Under the pieces are notes generated by a model. It made no database searches. It was not told where the DNA came from and saw only the letters and a program-made list of their open reading frames with translations. Of a DNA stretch of 64,000 nt, positions 54,027 through 63,089 are shown piece after piece (within the stretch, counting starts at the first letter, position 1; the number at the start of each line of letters is the position of its first letter). Source of the stretch: an uncultured Porticoccaceae bacterium (GTDB taxonomy: Bacteria > Pseudomonadota > Gammaproteobacteria > Pseudomonadales > Porticoccaceae); assembly GCA_964276005.1 (NCBI GenBank), contig CAXYDV010000012.1:37878-101877 (forward strand). The letters are read 5' to 3'. Made by a program: the position numbers and the translations under genes.

Positions 54027-55064
54027 CTAAAAGATAATCTTCTCGCAGCCTGTACCTGCTAGCAATCCATCTACTCGAGCGCGATCCGCTTGGCTCAGTG
54101 CCTGATACTCGGCATTAATCCACTGGAGGCACTTGCCCTGATAGTTAAAGGTTTGTTGTGTCCAGCGGCTGCCATCAATTTCAGCCTCCCAGATTTTCTC
54201 GCCAGCTTGCATGGCCTGAGCATTAGCAAGCAGTGCGGGGGCATAGACATGACCTACCTCATTAAGAATCGCTTTCAATGTCTCCGGCACTGTCTCGGCA
54301 GTGCCCCAGTCAGACGCTTTAGGCTCAAGGCCGTTCTGATCTTCCATCAGGCTGGTATAGGCCACGGTGCGGGGGGACAGGCTATGGGCAATGACCCGCG
54401 GCGTGGGGTCAAAGCCCACCAACTGAGTTAACTGGCCATACAGAGCAAAGTCCGAGGCACCCGGGCGGTTACCCATCAAATAAGGCTGCTGCGTTAAATG
54501 GGCCTCCATTGCCGTGAGCAAACGCTTATAACTGGCATCAATCACCGGTGCTGTCACATCATTGGACCCCACCACATGCAGTCGGCCCACCTGACGCTCG
54601 GTGATATAGGGCTTAAAGTGATTAAGCTGCTCGGCGGGCAAATTAATCGTTTGAAATAGCGGTAACAGGGTACCCGCATTGTCCGCATCCACCTCCAGGT
54701 GCCAGCGGTAGTGGAACATATATTTGGTGGCCCATTCATCGGCAAAGTCTTCTAGCAGATAATCGATAAACGCCATAGCCGGATCATCCGGGATCACCGA
54801 GCGCCCCTCGTGCTCCGTTTCCAAACGGCGAATAATCGGCGTCGAATCGCAGACCGCCTGCATCTCCCCTTCCTCATCGGGCAACACATAGGTCGGCAAC
54901 AGGGACACCTTAGGCTTGGCAACACCCATCTCGTCTAGTATCGCAACCGGATTATCCCAGATAATTCGGTAGGCAATGTGGCGGTAGCGCATAAGTGCAA
55001 CCATTTTTCGGGTATAGGGGGATGGCGGCGACCCAATCAAGGTAATGGGGTTGCTCTGAGTCAT
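54027..55064 (-). CDS. Long glutathione S-transferase-like protein
   Basis: LIGSPPSPYTRKM, LLPT...DSTPIIRRLE, YLMGNRPGASDFALYGQL. Confidence 0.85.
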   Translation of the reverse strand: MTQSNPITLIGSPPSPYTRKMVALMRYRHIAYRIIWDNPVAILDEMGVAKPKVSLLPTYVLPDEEGEMQAVCDSTPIIRRLETEHEGRSVIPDDPAMAFIDYLLEDFADEWATKYMFHYRWHLEVDADNAGTLLPLFQTINLPAEQLNHFKPYITERQVGRLHVVGSNDVTAPVIDASYKRLLTAMEAHLTQQPYLMGNRPGASDFALYGQLTQLVGFDPTPRVIAHSLSPRTVAYTSLMEDQNGLEPKASDWGTAETVPETLKAILNEVGHVYAPALLANAQAMQAGEKIWEAEIDGSRWTQQTFNYQGKCLQWINAEYQALSQADRARVDGLLAGTGCEKIIF

Positions 55065-55133
55065 GGGAGCTCCTCTGGTTTTAAGCGAGTATTTATCATT
55101 AAATTGTGCATTGTTGCTGATTGCTATTTATAT

Positions 55134-55158
55134 TGACATAATAAATGCCAACATGTCA
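55134..55158. promoter_or_regulatory. Candidate operator TGACAT-N13-ATGTCA
   Basis: Dyad in the divergent GST/MBL intergenic region; overlaps a TTGACA hexamer. Confidence 0.45.
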
Positions 55159-55196
55159 CCCTTTTAAAATTAACGCCCAATATAGCGGAGGCGAGC

Positions 55197-56267
55197 ATGA
55201 AAAAAATCACTCTTATCGGCCTGCTGGTTCTTGCTCTGAGTGCAGGTATTTACAGCCAGCGCGGAGATATCGCCCTGCGAATCCTTCCCAAAGGCGCAGA
55301 GGTGATGTTTTCCAGTAACAAAATCAAAGCACTGGGTGATGGCTTGCATATCGCCCTGTGCGGCGCTGGCGGCCCCATGCCAGCCGCCAATCGCTCCGGT
55401 CCCTGTGTTGCTGTTGTTGCCGCGGGCAAACTGTTTCTGGTAGATGCAGGCACCAATGGTTTACGCAACTTGGGCCGTATGGGCTATCAGGTAGGCGGTA
55501 TCAGCGGCGTATTTTTGACTCACTTCCACTCCGACCATATCGATGGTCTTGGCGAAGTCGGCACCATTCGCTGGGCGGCGGGCAACCAGAGCGCACCACT
55601 TAATATTTATGGTCCCGAGGGTGTCGCCAATGTCGTCGAGGGCTTTAATATGGTCTATGGGCAGGATGTGGTGTATCGCAATGATCATCATGGCGATAAG
55701 GTCACACCATTGAGCGGTGCAGGCATGATCGCTGTCAGCGCGCCGTTACCGGCAGAGGGCGAGCTGATTACCGTCTACGACCAGGACGGCTTAGTGGTAG
55801 AGATGCTGGCCGCAGATCATTTTCCCGTGACCCCAGCGGTCGCCTACCGTTTTAGCTACAAGGGCCGCACCGCACTGATCTCTGGCGACACCAACAAGTC
55901 TGCCAATATAGAAAAGTTTGCCCAGGGCATTGACCTGCTGGTGCACGAAGCACTGAGTCCTGCAATGCTCAAGGCCATGAATCAGGCCGCCACCGCCGTG
56001 GGCCTTCCCAACACAGCGAAAGTCTTTAATGATGTGCTCGACTACCATGCCTCCCCCACCGAGGCCGCTGAAACCGCGCGGGATGCAGAGGTGGGTCACC
56101 TACTCTATTACCATGTGGTACCGCCGTTGATCCTGCCCGGTAGCGAAGCGCTTTGGTTAGAGGGGGTTGATGATCGGTTTAGCGACTACACATTGGGCGA
56201 AGATGGCACCAGCGTTATGCTGCCCGCGAATTCTACAGATATTTTGGTCACCAATGATGGCTTGTAA
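55197..56267 (+). CDS. Exported MBL-fold metallohydrolase (RNase Z / AtsA-like)
   Basis: N-terminal hydrophobic leader, LCGAGGP, VDAG, THFHSDH, SGDT, VHEAL, YHAS, YHVVP. Confidence 0.88.
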   Translation: MKKITLIGLLVLALSAGIYSQRGDIALRILPKGAEVMFSSNKIKALGDGLHIALCGAGGPMPAANRSGPCVAVVAAGKLFLVDAGTNGLRNLGRMGYQVGGISGVFLTHFHSDHIDGLGEVGTIRWAAGNQSAPLNIYGPEGVANVVEGFNMVYGQDVVYRNDHHGDKVTPLSGAGMIAVSAPLPAEGELITVYDQDGLVVEMLAADHFPVTPAVAYRFSYKGRTALISGDTNKSANIEKFAQGIDLLVHEALSPAMLKAMNQAATAVGLPNTAKVFNDVLDYHASPTEAAETARDAEVGHLLYYHVVPPLILPGSEALWLEGVDDRFSDYTLGEDGTSVMLPANSTDILVTNDGL

Positions 56268-56354
56268 GTAAGGGGCAACAGCCCCAAGCCAAGTGCAACT
56301 TCAGCGGAAATATGACAAAATTATCGCCTCGATCACTCACAGAAGCCAAACTCT

Positions 56355-56948
56355 ATGTCAGACAGCGTAAGCACAACCGTAAAAGTCGATGGACGCCGCC
56401 TGCGTAGCGACCGCAGCCGCCTAGTTATCGTTGAGGCCATGCTGCTACTCATTAATGATGGCAATCTAGTGCCCACCGCTCAGCAGGTGGCCGACCATGC
56501 AAAAGTGGGCATTCGCTCGGTGTTTCGCCACTTTGAAGATATGGAAGCTATTTTTGCCACGGCCGACGAACTATGGCGCAATGACTTTGTTGATAAAACC
56601 GGTGAGGTTGATTCCAAACTCCCCCTAGAGCAGCGCATCGCCGAAGTGGTGGCCAAATTGGGTCGGCTCTATGAGAGCAACAGCAATATTTTAAAATCTA
56701 CTGCCACCAGACGCTGGCGATCTGCCTTTCTAAAACAAAACTATGCCATGTATCAGGCCAGAATCCGCAAGGATGTCCAGCAGGCTCTGCCGGAACTTGC
56801 ACAGCTTCCACAACCACGTCAGGAAGCCATTTTTGCCACGCTGTCTTTTGAGTACTGGGACCGCCTGCGAGACCATCAGTCAAATAGTGCCGACGACAGT
56901 ATTGCGGCGCTAACCGACATGCTGGAAACACTGGTCGCCGCCGCTTAA
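56355..56948 (+). CDS. TetR/AcrR family regulator
   Basis: DGRRLRSDRSR, PTAQQVADHAKVGIRSVFRHF HTH. Confidence 0.92.
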   Translation: MSDSVSTTVKVDGRRLRSDRSRLVIVEAMLLLINDGNLVPTAQQVADHAKVGIRSVFRHFEDMEAIFATADELWRNDFVDKTGEVDSKLPLEQRIAEVVAKLGRLYESNSNILKSTATRRWRSAFLKQNYAMYQARIRKDVQQALPELAQLPQPRQEAIFATLSFEYWDRLRDHQSNSADDSIAALTDMLETLVAAA

Positions 56949-57067
56949 ATAGCCCCTAAAGCCGAACTCATGGGTCATGGTTTTCGATTTACACCCAAAC
57001 TCCCTCAGAGCTACTCTTGACCTAATAATTAGTGTGATTTGCGCGCAGGTCAAACCGAGGAAGCAGC

Positions 57068-57655
57068 ATGTCTAAAACCATCGAATTTTATTTTGATTTC
57101 GGCAGTCCCACCGCCTATCTGGCCCATAAACGTCTGCAGCAATTAAAATCACAATATGGCTGCACCATCGACTACAAACCGGTTCTTCTCGGCGGGCTTT
57201 TTAAAGCCTCAGGCAATATGTCACCAGTAACAGTGCCCGCCAAAGGCAAGTATATGATGACCCAAGACCTGCCCCGCTTTGCCGCCCTGTATCAGGTGCC
57301 ACTAACCGTGAACCCCCACTTCCCCATCAACACATTAAATCTGATGCGCGGGGCTGTAGCGACCCTTGGCCAAGACTACTTCGATAACTATATTGAAGCC
57401 GTCTACGACGCCATCTGGGTCAATGGCGACAATATGGGCGATCTAGATGTAGTGGCCAATGTACTGAGTGATGCCGAATTGAATGCACAGAAAATAATTG
57501 CCGCCACCCAGGATCCCGACGTTAAAGCAACATTAATCAGCAACACCGAAGCCGCCGTCGCCCGAGGATGTTTTGGTGCGCCAACTATGTTTATTGGCAA
57601 TGATATGTTTTTCGGTCAGGACCGTATGCAGTTTATCGAAATGGCTCTACAATAA
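57068..57655 (+). CDS. 2-hydroxychromene-2-carboxylate isomerase-like / kappa-class GST (DsbA family)
   Basis: FYFDFGSPTAYL, FPINT, GCFGAPTM...FFGQDR. Confidence 0.9.
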   Translation: MSKTIEFYFDFGSPTAYLAHKRLQQLKSQYGCTIDYKPVLLGGLFKASGNMSPVTVPAKGKYMMTQDLPRFAALYQVPLTVNPHFPINTLNLMRGAVATLGQDYFDNYIEAVYDAIWVNGDNMGDLDVVANVLSDAELNAQKIIAATQDPDVKATLISNTEAAVARGCFGAPTMFIGNDMFFGQDRMQFIEMALQ

Positions 57656-57683
57656 AGTAAAGAATCAAGTCTCATAAAGAGCA

Positions 57684-59903
57684 ATGGGGAATCCTATGGC
57701 ATCTCGCTTAATCCAAGGCGCAACAGCCCTACTGTTAAGCACCGGCCTTACGCAAGCCCAAGTCACGGTGGTTAACGAACAGTCGATTATCAATCCAGAT
57801 AAAGAGTGGCTGAGTTATGGCCGCAACTATAAAGAGCAGCGCTTTAGCCCGCTCGATGGCGTCAACCGCGACAACGTCGACGAACTCGACTTGGCTTGGT
57901 CATTTAAATTTGATACCGCTCGCGGAATGGAAGCCACACCGCTGGTTCACAATGGCGTGATTTACATCAGCACCGGCTGGAGCCATGTGCATGCCCTAGA
58001 TGCCAGAACCGGCGAACAGCTATGGCACTACGACGCAAAGGTCCCCAAAGACCACCTGATTAAAACTTGCTGTGGCGCTGTAAACCGTGGCGTTGCCATG
58101 TGGCAAGGCGACGCAGAAACCGGCCTGCAAATATTCTTTGGTACATTAGACGGCCGCCTGGTGGCCCTAGATGCCAAAACCGGCGAAGCTAACTGGGTGA
58201 TACAAACCACTCCAGATAACAGCAACTACAGTGTTACCGGCGCACCGCGCGTAGTAGATGGCAAAGTAATAATCGGTAACGGCGGCGCCGAATTGGGCGT
58301 ACGCGGCTACATCACTGCCTACGACACAGCCACCGGCGACCAGCTATGGCGGTTCTACACCGTACCTGGCGACCCCAGCAAACCCCAAGAGCACCCAGCA
58401 CTAGATGCTGCGGTTAAAACCTGGGGCGGCGATGAATGGCATAAACTGGGCGGCGGTGGCGGCACCGTATGGGACTCATTGGTCTACGACCCAGAACTAG
58501 ATTTACTTTATATAGGCACAGGCAATGGCTCCCCCTGGAACCGCGAGTTGCGCAGCCCTGGTGGTGGCGACAACCTCTACCTAAGCTCCATCGTCGCACT
58601 GCGCCCAGATACCGGTGACTATGTCTGGCATTACCAAGTAACCCCCAAAGACAACTGGGACTACACCGCCACACAGCAGCTCACATTGGCTGAGATAGAA
58701 ATAAACGGCGAACAGCGCAAAGTCATTATGCAAGCGCCCAAAAATGGCTTCTTCTATGTATTAGATCGCGCCACCGGTGAACTACTGTCCGCGGAAAAAT
58801 TCGCCAGAGCCACCTGGGCCAGCCATATTGATATGGAAACCGGCCGCCCCGTCGAAACCGAATACGCCGACTACCAAAACAACGGCGGCAGCTATATATG
58901 GCCATCGCCCTACGGCGCCCACAACTGGCAGCCCATGTCGTTTAGCCCCAAAACCGGCCTTATGTACATACCCGTACAGAACATACCCCATTACTTTAGC
59001 GCCCAAAAAAGCGTTGAATACAGAGTCAACCGTTGGAATACAGGCGTAGACTTAAACGAGTCGCGCGACCCACTGAGCTGGGTAGCCGGTCAAGCCTCGG
59101 TCGACGCATTGATCAGCGGCGAACTCCTCGCCTGGGATCCTGTTAATCAAGAACCCGCCTGGAAAGTACCCCACTCAAGCCCAGCCAACGGCGGCATACT
59201 CAGCACCGCCGGCGACCTAGTGTTCCAAGGTATGGGTGACGGCACCTTCGCTGCCTACGACGCCGACAATGGCGATGCCCTGTGGCAGTACCAATCAGAT
59301 AGCGCCGTACTGGCCGGCCCTATGACCTACGAGCTAGACGGCGAGCAATATGTAGCCGTAGCCCAAGGCAGCGGCGGCGTCGTCATGCTAACCATAGGCG
59401 ACAACCTCAAGCGCAAAAAAGTAAACCAGAACAAACTGCTAGTGTTTAAGCTCGGCGACTTTGGCCTTACCAGAAGTCTACCCGACGAAAGCCTAGCCAC
59501 CATATTGCCCCTGAGCGAAGAGCTGAATGCCAGTCCAGAAGAGATTAAAAAAGGTGAAGAACTCTTTGGCCATAACTGTCAGTCCTGCCACGGCATCAGC
59601 GCCAAGAGCAACTACGTAGTTCCCGACCTGCGCTATATGAGCGACCAGACTCATCTCGACTTTGTCGGTATTGTGCTGGGCGGATCAAAATCTCACAAAG
59701 GGATGGTGGGTTTCTACGAGACACACACTGCAGAAGATGTTGAAAATATTCACTCGTATCTGAAATATCAGCAGCAGCGTCTGCCAGAGATGGTCGAGAT
59801 GACCTTTGCGCAAAAGATCGAGTACTGGTTCTCTTATGGCGCAGCCAAGCTTGGAGAGCATTTCCCTTGGATGCTCAATGCTACTCGGGATATGATGTAT
59901 TAA
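57684..59903 (+). CDS. PQQ-dependent quinohemoprotein alcohol dehydrogenase (type II) with C-terminal cytochrome c
   Basis: Signal peptide, WLSYGR...RFSPL, vicinal CCGAVNRG, W-motif propeller repeats, WDYTATQ, heme motif CQSCH and GM axial Met. Start 57684 or 57696. Confidence 0.94.
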   Translation: MGNPMASRLIQGATALLLSTGLTQAQVTVVNEQSIINPDKEWLSYGRNYKEQRFSPLDGVNRDNVDELDLAWSFKFDTARGMEATPLVHNGVIYISTGWSHVHALDARTGEQLWHYDAKVPKDHLIKTCCGAVNRGVAMWQGDAETGLQIFFGTLDGRLVALDAKTGEANWVIQTTPDNSNYSVTGAPRVVDGKVIIGNGGAELGVRGYITAYDTATGDQLWRFYTVPGDPSKPQEHPALDAAVKTWGGDEWHKLGGGGGTVWDSLVYDPELDLLYIGTGNGSPWNRELRSPGGGDNLYLSSIVALRPDTGDYVWHYQVTPKDNWDYTATQQLTLAEIEINGEQRKVIMQAPKNGFFYVLDRATGELLSAEKFARATWASHIDMETGRPVETEYADYQNNGGSYIWPSPYGAHNWQPMSFSPKTGLMYIPVQNIPHYFSAQKSVEYRVNRWNTGVDLNESRDPLSWVAGQASVDALISGELLAWDPVNQEPAWKVPHSSPANGGILSTAGDLVFQGMGDGTFAAYDADNGDALWQYQSDSAVLAGPMTYELDGEQYVAVAQGSGGVVMLTIGDNLKRKKVNQNKLLVFKLGDFGLTRSLPDESLATILPLSEELNASPEEIKKGEELFGHNCQSCHGISAKSNYVVPDLRYMSDQTHLDFVGIVLGGSKSHKGMVGFYETHTAEDVENIHSYLKYQQQRLPEMVEMTFAQKIEYWFSYGAAKLGEHFPWMLNATRDMMY

Positions 59904-59927
59904 TGGGAGCTTAATTAGGCTCAATGG

Positions 59928-59958
59928 AAAAGGGGATAACTTAGTTATCCCCTTTTTT
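59928..59958. terminator. Intrinsic terminator after the PQQ dehydrogenase (bidirectional-capable)
   Basis: AAAAGGGGATAAC-TTA-GTTATCCCCTTTTTT. Confidence 0.85.
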
Positions 59959-60134
59959 GTGGGTGGTGCCCTTGGTGTTATCTGTTATTTTTTTGAAAAT
60001 AATGCCCACTAAATGGTGCAAGTGCTAGCGGTCGTTTGACGTTAATGTTTTTATAGTCACCAATGATATTCTGTTGAGAATAGTTATTGTGGATGACGGA
60101 TTGCAGGCTCAGGGCGATATATTGAGACTAGTGC

Positions 60135-60153
60135 GACGCCCAGTTATCTGGGC
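60135..60153 (-). terminator. Hairpin just after the crotonase stop
   Basis: CGCCCAG-TTAT-CTGGGCG; no clear U-tract. Confidence 0.4.
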
Positions 60154-60167
60154 GCGTGCTGTGAGTT

Positions 60168-60995
60168 TTAGCTACCCGTAAACTTCGGCACTCTGCGCTC
60201 TGAAAACGCCAAAATCCCCTCTTGTAAATCATTCGACTCTAGGCTTGTCATCATGGTGTACATACCATTGACCATGAGGCTCTGCTCGTCGGTAAGGTTC
60301 TCTGACTGGCGCAGTATAAACTTGGTGCCACGCACGGCCATGGGTGAGTTGCCGGCGATTTCTTGGGCCAGTGCCAGGCCTTCGGCCATGGTGACTTCGG
60401 CGGACTCGTAGACATCGTTTACCAAACCTATCTTTTCGGCGCGATCGGCTTTGATATCTTTGCCTGTATAGGCCAATTCGGCAACATGGCCGGCACTGAG
60501 TATCTTGGGCAGACGCTGCAAGGTACCTACGTCGGCCACCAGACCCAGGCGGGTTTCGCGCACGCTGAATACCGAGCATGCGCTGGCGATACGGATATCG
60601 CAGGCGGTGACTAGGTCCACGCCGGCACCCAAACAGAAGCCCTGCACTACGCCAATAACAGGCAATTCACATTCGGCCAATGAGCTTATGGCCTGCTGAA
60701 ATTTTTGTGTGTTGCTCAGCTGTTGAATATTGGCTTCGGCTTTGGAGCGAGCCTTGGCTTTTTTCAGTTGACTAAGCCCATCTTCGGCCAGGTCGATGCC
60801 AGCACAGAAATGCTTGCCTCGACCAGCTAGCACAATGGCACCAATTTCCGTGTCTTCACAGAGTGCCGCCAAGCCATGGGGTATGGCTGACCATAGCTCG
60901 GTAGACAGTGCATTGTATTTGCTTTCACGGTCTAGCCAGATAATACCGACTCGACCCTGCTTTTCGATGCTGAGTACACTGGATGAAAAGCTCAT
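60168..60995 (-). CDS. Crotonase-family enzyme, ECH1 / delta3,5-delta2,4-dienoyl-CoA isomerase-like
   Basis: HFCAGIDL, GAGVDLVTACDIR, RETRLGLVADVGTLQRLPKI. Confidence 0.85.
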   Translation of the reverse strand: MSFSSSVLSIEKQGRVGIIWLDRESKYNALSTELWSAIPHGLAALCEDTEIGAIVLAGRGKHFCAGIDLAEDGLSQLKKAKARSKAEANIQQLSNTQKFQQAISSLAECELPVIGVVQGFCLGAGVDLVTACDIRIASACSVFSVRETRLGLVADVGTLQRLPKILSAGHVAELAYTGKDIKADRAEKIGLVNDVYESAEVTMAEGLALAQEIAGNSPMAVRGTKFILRQSENLTDEQSLMVNGMYTMMTSLESNDLQEGILAFSERRVPKFTGS

Positions 60996-61020
60996 TTTAA
61001 ATTCCTCTATTCTTATGCCT

Positions 61021-62241
61021 TTAAGTCTGTCGATTTAATGAGCGCATGGTCATCTTAGCCAGCTGGGACATATGCACTTCGTCTGGACCGTCGGCGATGC
61101 GACAGAATCTACTCGTCGTCCAGATATGGGCCAGTGGCGTGTCTTGGCAGACGCCCATGCCACCAAAGATTTGCATGGCGCGGCTAGACACGTCTTCACA
61201 CATTTTGGGAGCAACGATTTTTAGCATAGAGATATCTTCTCTGGCGCCATCAATGCCGTACTTATCCATTTTCTCGGCAGCGGCCAGCACCAGTAAGCGG
61301 CACTGTTCTATGTCGCAGCGGCTACGAGCAATCTCGTGCTGTACGCTGGTTTTTTTGCTGAGGGCTTCACCAAAGGCTACTCTCTGCTGAGCGCGCTCAC
61401 ACATCAGCTCTAGGCTGCGCTGAGCCATGCCGACAAACATCATGGCGTACTGGAAACGGCCTGGCCCTAAACGGCCCTGGGCAATTTCAAAACCACGGCC
61501 CTCGCCAAGAATCAAATTAGTGGCGGGCACCCGCACATCTCTAAAGATCATATCCCCTTCTCCTCCAGGGGAATGGTATTCACCAAATACTTTGAGTGGG
61601 CGCGACATCACCACACCTTTGGTGTCGGTGGGCACTAGTATGGTGCTGTGCTGTTGGTGGCGCGGTGCGTTGGGGTTTGACTTTCCCATGACCAGCATCA
61701 ATTTACAGGCGGGGCCAATGACATTGGTGGTCCACCATTTGCGGCCATTTAATACATATTCGTCGCCATCGCGCTCGATCTTGAGTTCCATATTGGTGGC
61801 GTCGGATGAGGCCACATCGGGCTCGGTCATGGCGTAGGCGGAGCGGATATCACCGGCAAGTAGCGGCAGTAACCATTGCTCTTGCTGCTCTGGGGTGCCG
61901 TATTTGGCTAATACTTCCATATTGCCGCGGTCTGGAGCATTACAGTTAAAGATTTGCTGGGCCCAGGCAGATCTGGACATGGTTTCAAACAGGGGCGCGA
62001 TCTCTAGGTTGGTTAATCCGGGACTCCAGGGTTTGTATTCTTCAGGCAGAAACAGATTCCACAGGCCCTGCTTTTTGGCTTCGTCTTTTAAGCCTTGGTA
62101 CCAGTCTGGGTATTGCCACAGATTATTGTGGTCGCCGGTAAATTCTTCATAATCGCGCTCTCGTGGATAGATATGCTCTTCCATAAACGCGGTTAGGCGG
62201 TTATTAAGATCCTCTGCTCTTGGCGTTAATTCAAAACCCAT
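61021..62241 (-). CDS. Acyl-CoA dehydrogenase of the ACAD10/11 type
   Basis: AKKQGLWNLFLP, FNCNAPDRGNMEVL, AMTEPDVASSDATN, AQGRLGPGR, IADGPDEVH. Confidence 0.92.
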   Translation of the reverse strand: MGFELTPRAEDLNNRLTAFMEEHIYPRERDYEEFTGDHNNLWQYPDWYQGLKDEAKKQGLWNLFLPEEYKPWSPGLTNLEIAPLFETMSRSAWAQQIFNCNAPDRGNMEVLAKYGTPEQQEQWLLPLLAGDIRSAYAMTEPDVASSDATNMELKIERDGDEYVLNGRKWWTTNVIGPACKLMLVMGKSNPNAPRHQQHSTILVPTDTKGVVMSRPLKVFGEYHSPGGEGDMIFRDVRVPATNLILGEGRGFEIAQGRLGPGRFQYAMMFVGMAQRSLELMCERAQQRVAFGEALSKKTSVQHEIARSRCDIEQCRLLVLAAAEKMDKYGIDGAREDISMLKIVAPKMCEDVSSRAMQIFGGMGVCQDTPLAHIWTTSRFCRIADGPDEVHMSQLAKMTMRSLNRQT

Positions 62242-62269
62242 TTTCTTCTCTCCTTTATTAATTGTGTTT

Positions 62270-63046
62270 TTAGATGATACCGGTGATTTTGCGCATGAGC
62301 TTGTTCATGCCAGCAATCCAGCGGTCATAGTTGTTGGTTTTGTTTTGCATAAATTGTTGCACAATTGGGTGCGGTAAAATCAAGAAACTCTCTTCGCGTA
62401 AACCTTCAACCACCGTGTCGGCCAACTCTTCTGGTTCGATCATGCCATTATTGGCTGCGGCGGCTATGGCGTCATTTTCGACGGCGGTCATGGCAGTGCG
62501 CACGGCCTGTGGACACAGCATGGAAACACCAATGCCTTCATGTTTGTGATGAATAGCCAGCCACTCACCAAAGCCCACCGCGGCATGTTTGGTTACGCCA
62601 TAGGCGGCGCCACCAATTTGATTGAGCAGGCCTGCAGCAGATGAGGTGTTAAGGAAATAGCCACTACCCCGCTCAACCATACGCGGCACCAGATGACGGG
62701 CGGCGTAGACATGGGACATCACATTAATATCCCAGATGGACTGCCACTGTTCATTGGGCGAATGGATGCTCTCGCCATAGCCAACACCGGCATTACAGCA
62801 AAACAGGTCGATGGGGCCTATATTGGATTCGGTATCTTCGATGATACGGGCGGTGTCTTCCTCTTTGGCTACGTCTGCCATCATGGCGACGCCGCCAATC
62901 ATATCGGCGGTCTCTTGTGCGTTGGCCAGATTAATATCGGCGCAGACAATTTGTTTAGCGCCTTCGGCGTGAAAACGCGTGGCTAGGGCTCGGCCTATGC
63001 CGCTGCCTGCTCCGGTGATGACGACTATTTTATCTTGCAGTTCCAT
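62270..63046 (-). CDS. Short-chain dehydrogenase/reductase
   Basis: TGAGSGIG, NAGV, NTSS, YGVTK. Confidence 0.93.
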   Translation of the reverse strand: MELQDKIVVITGAGSGIGRALATRFHAEGAKQIVCADINLANAQETADMIGGVAMMADVAKEEDTARIIEDTESNIGPIDLFCCNAGVGYGESIHSPNEQWQSIWDINVMSHVYAARHLVPRMVERGSGYFLNTSSAAGLLNQIGGAAYGVTKHAAVGFGEWLAIHHKHEGIGVSMLCPQAVRTAMTAVENDAIAAAANNGMIEPEELADTVVEGLREESFLILPHPIVQQFMQNKTNNYDRWIAGMNKLMRKITGII

Positions 63047-63089
63047 ATTCTTCCTCTAGTGCTTTATATATGCGCTTTCTCGCTTGTGC

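Noticed and set aside
57068-57655. Naphthalene degradation (nahD) pathway
   Set aside because: No dioxygenase, dihydrodiol dehydrogenase or nahE-type aldolase nearby; the family call does not establish the substrate.
59600-60167. Replication origin or terminus at the apparent skew change
   Set aside because: No dnaA, DnaA-box cluster or recognisable dif site (ATAATGTATATTATGTTAAAT-like) was seen.
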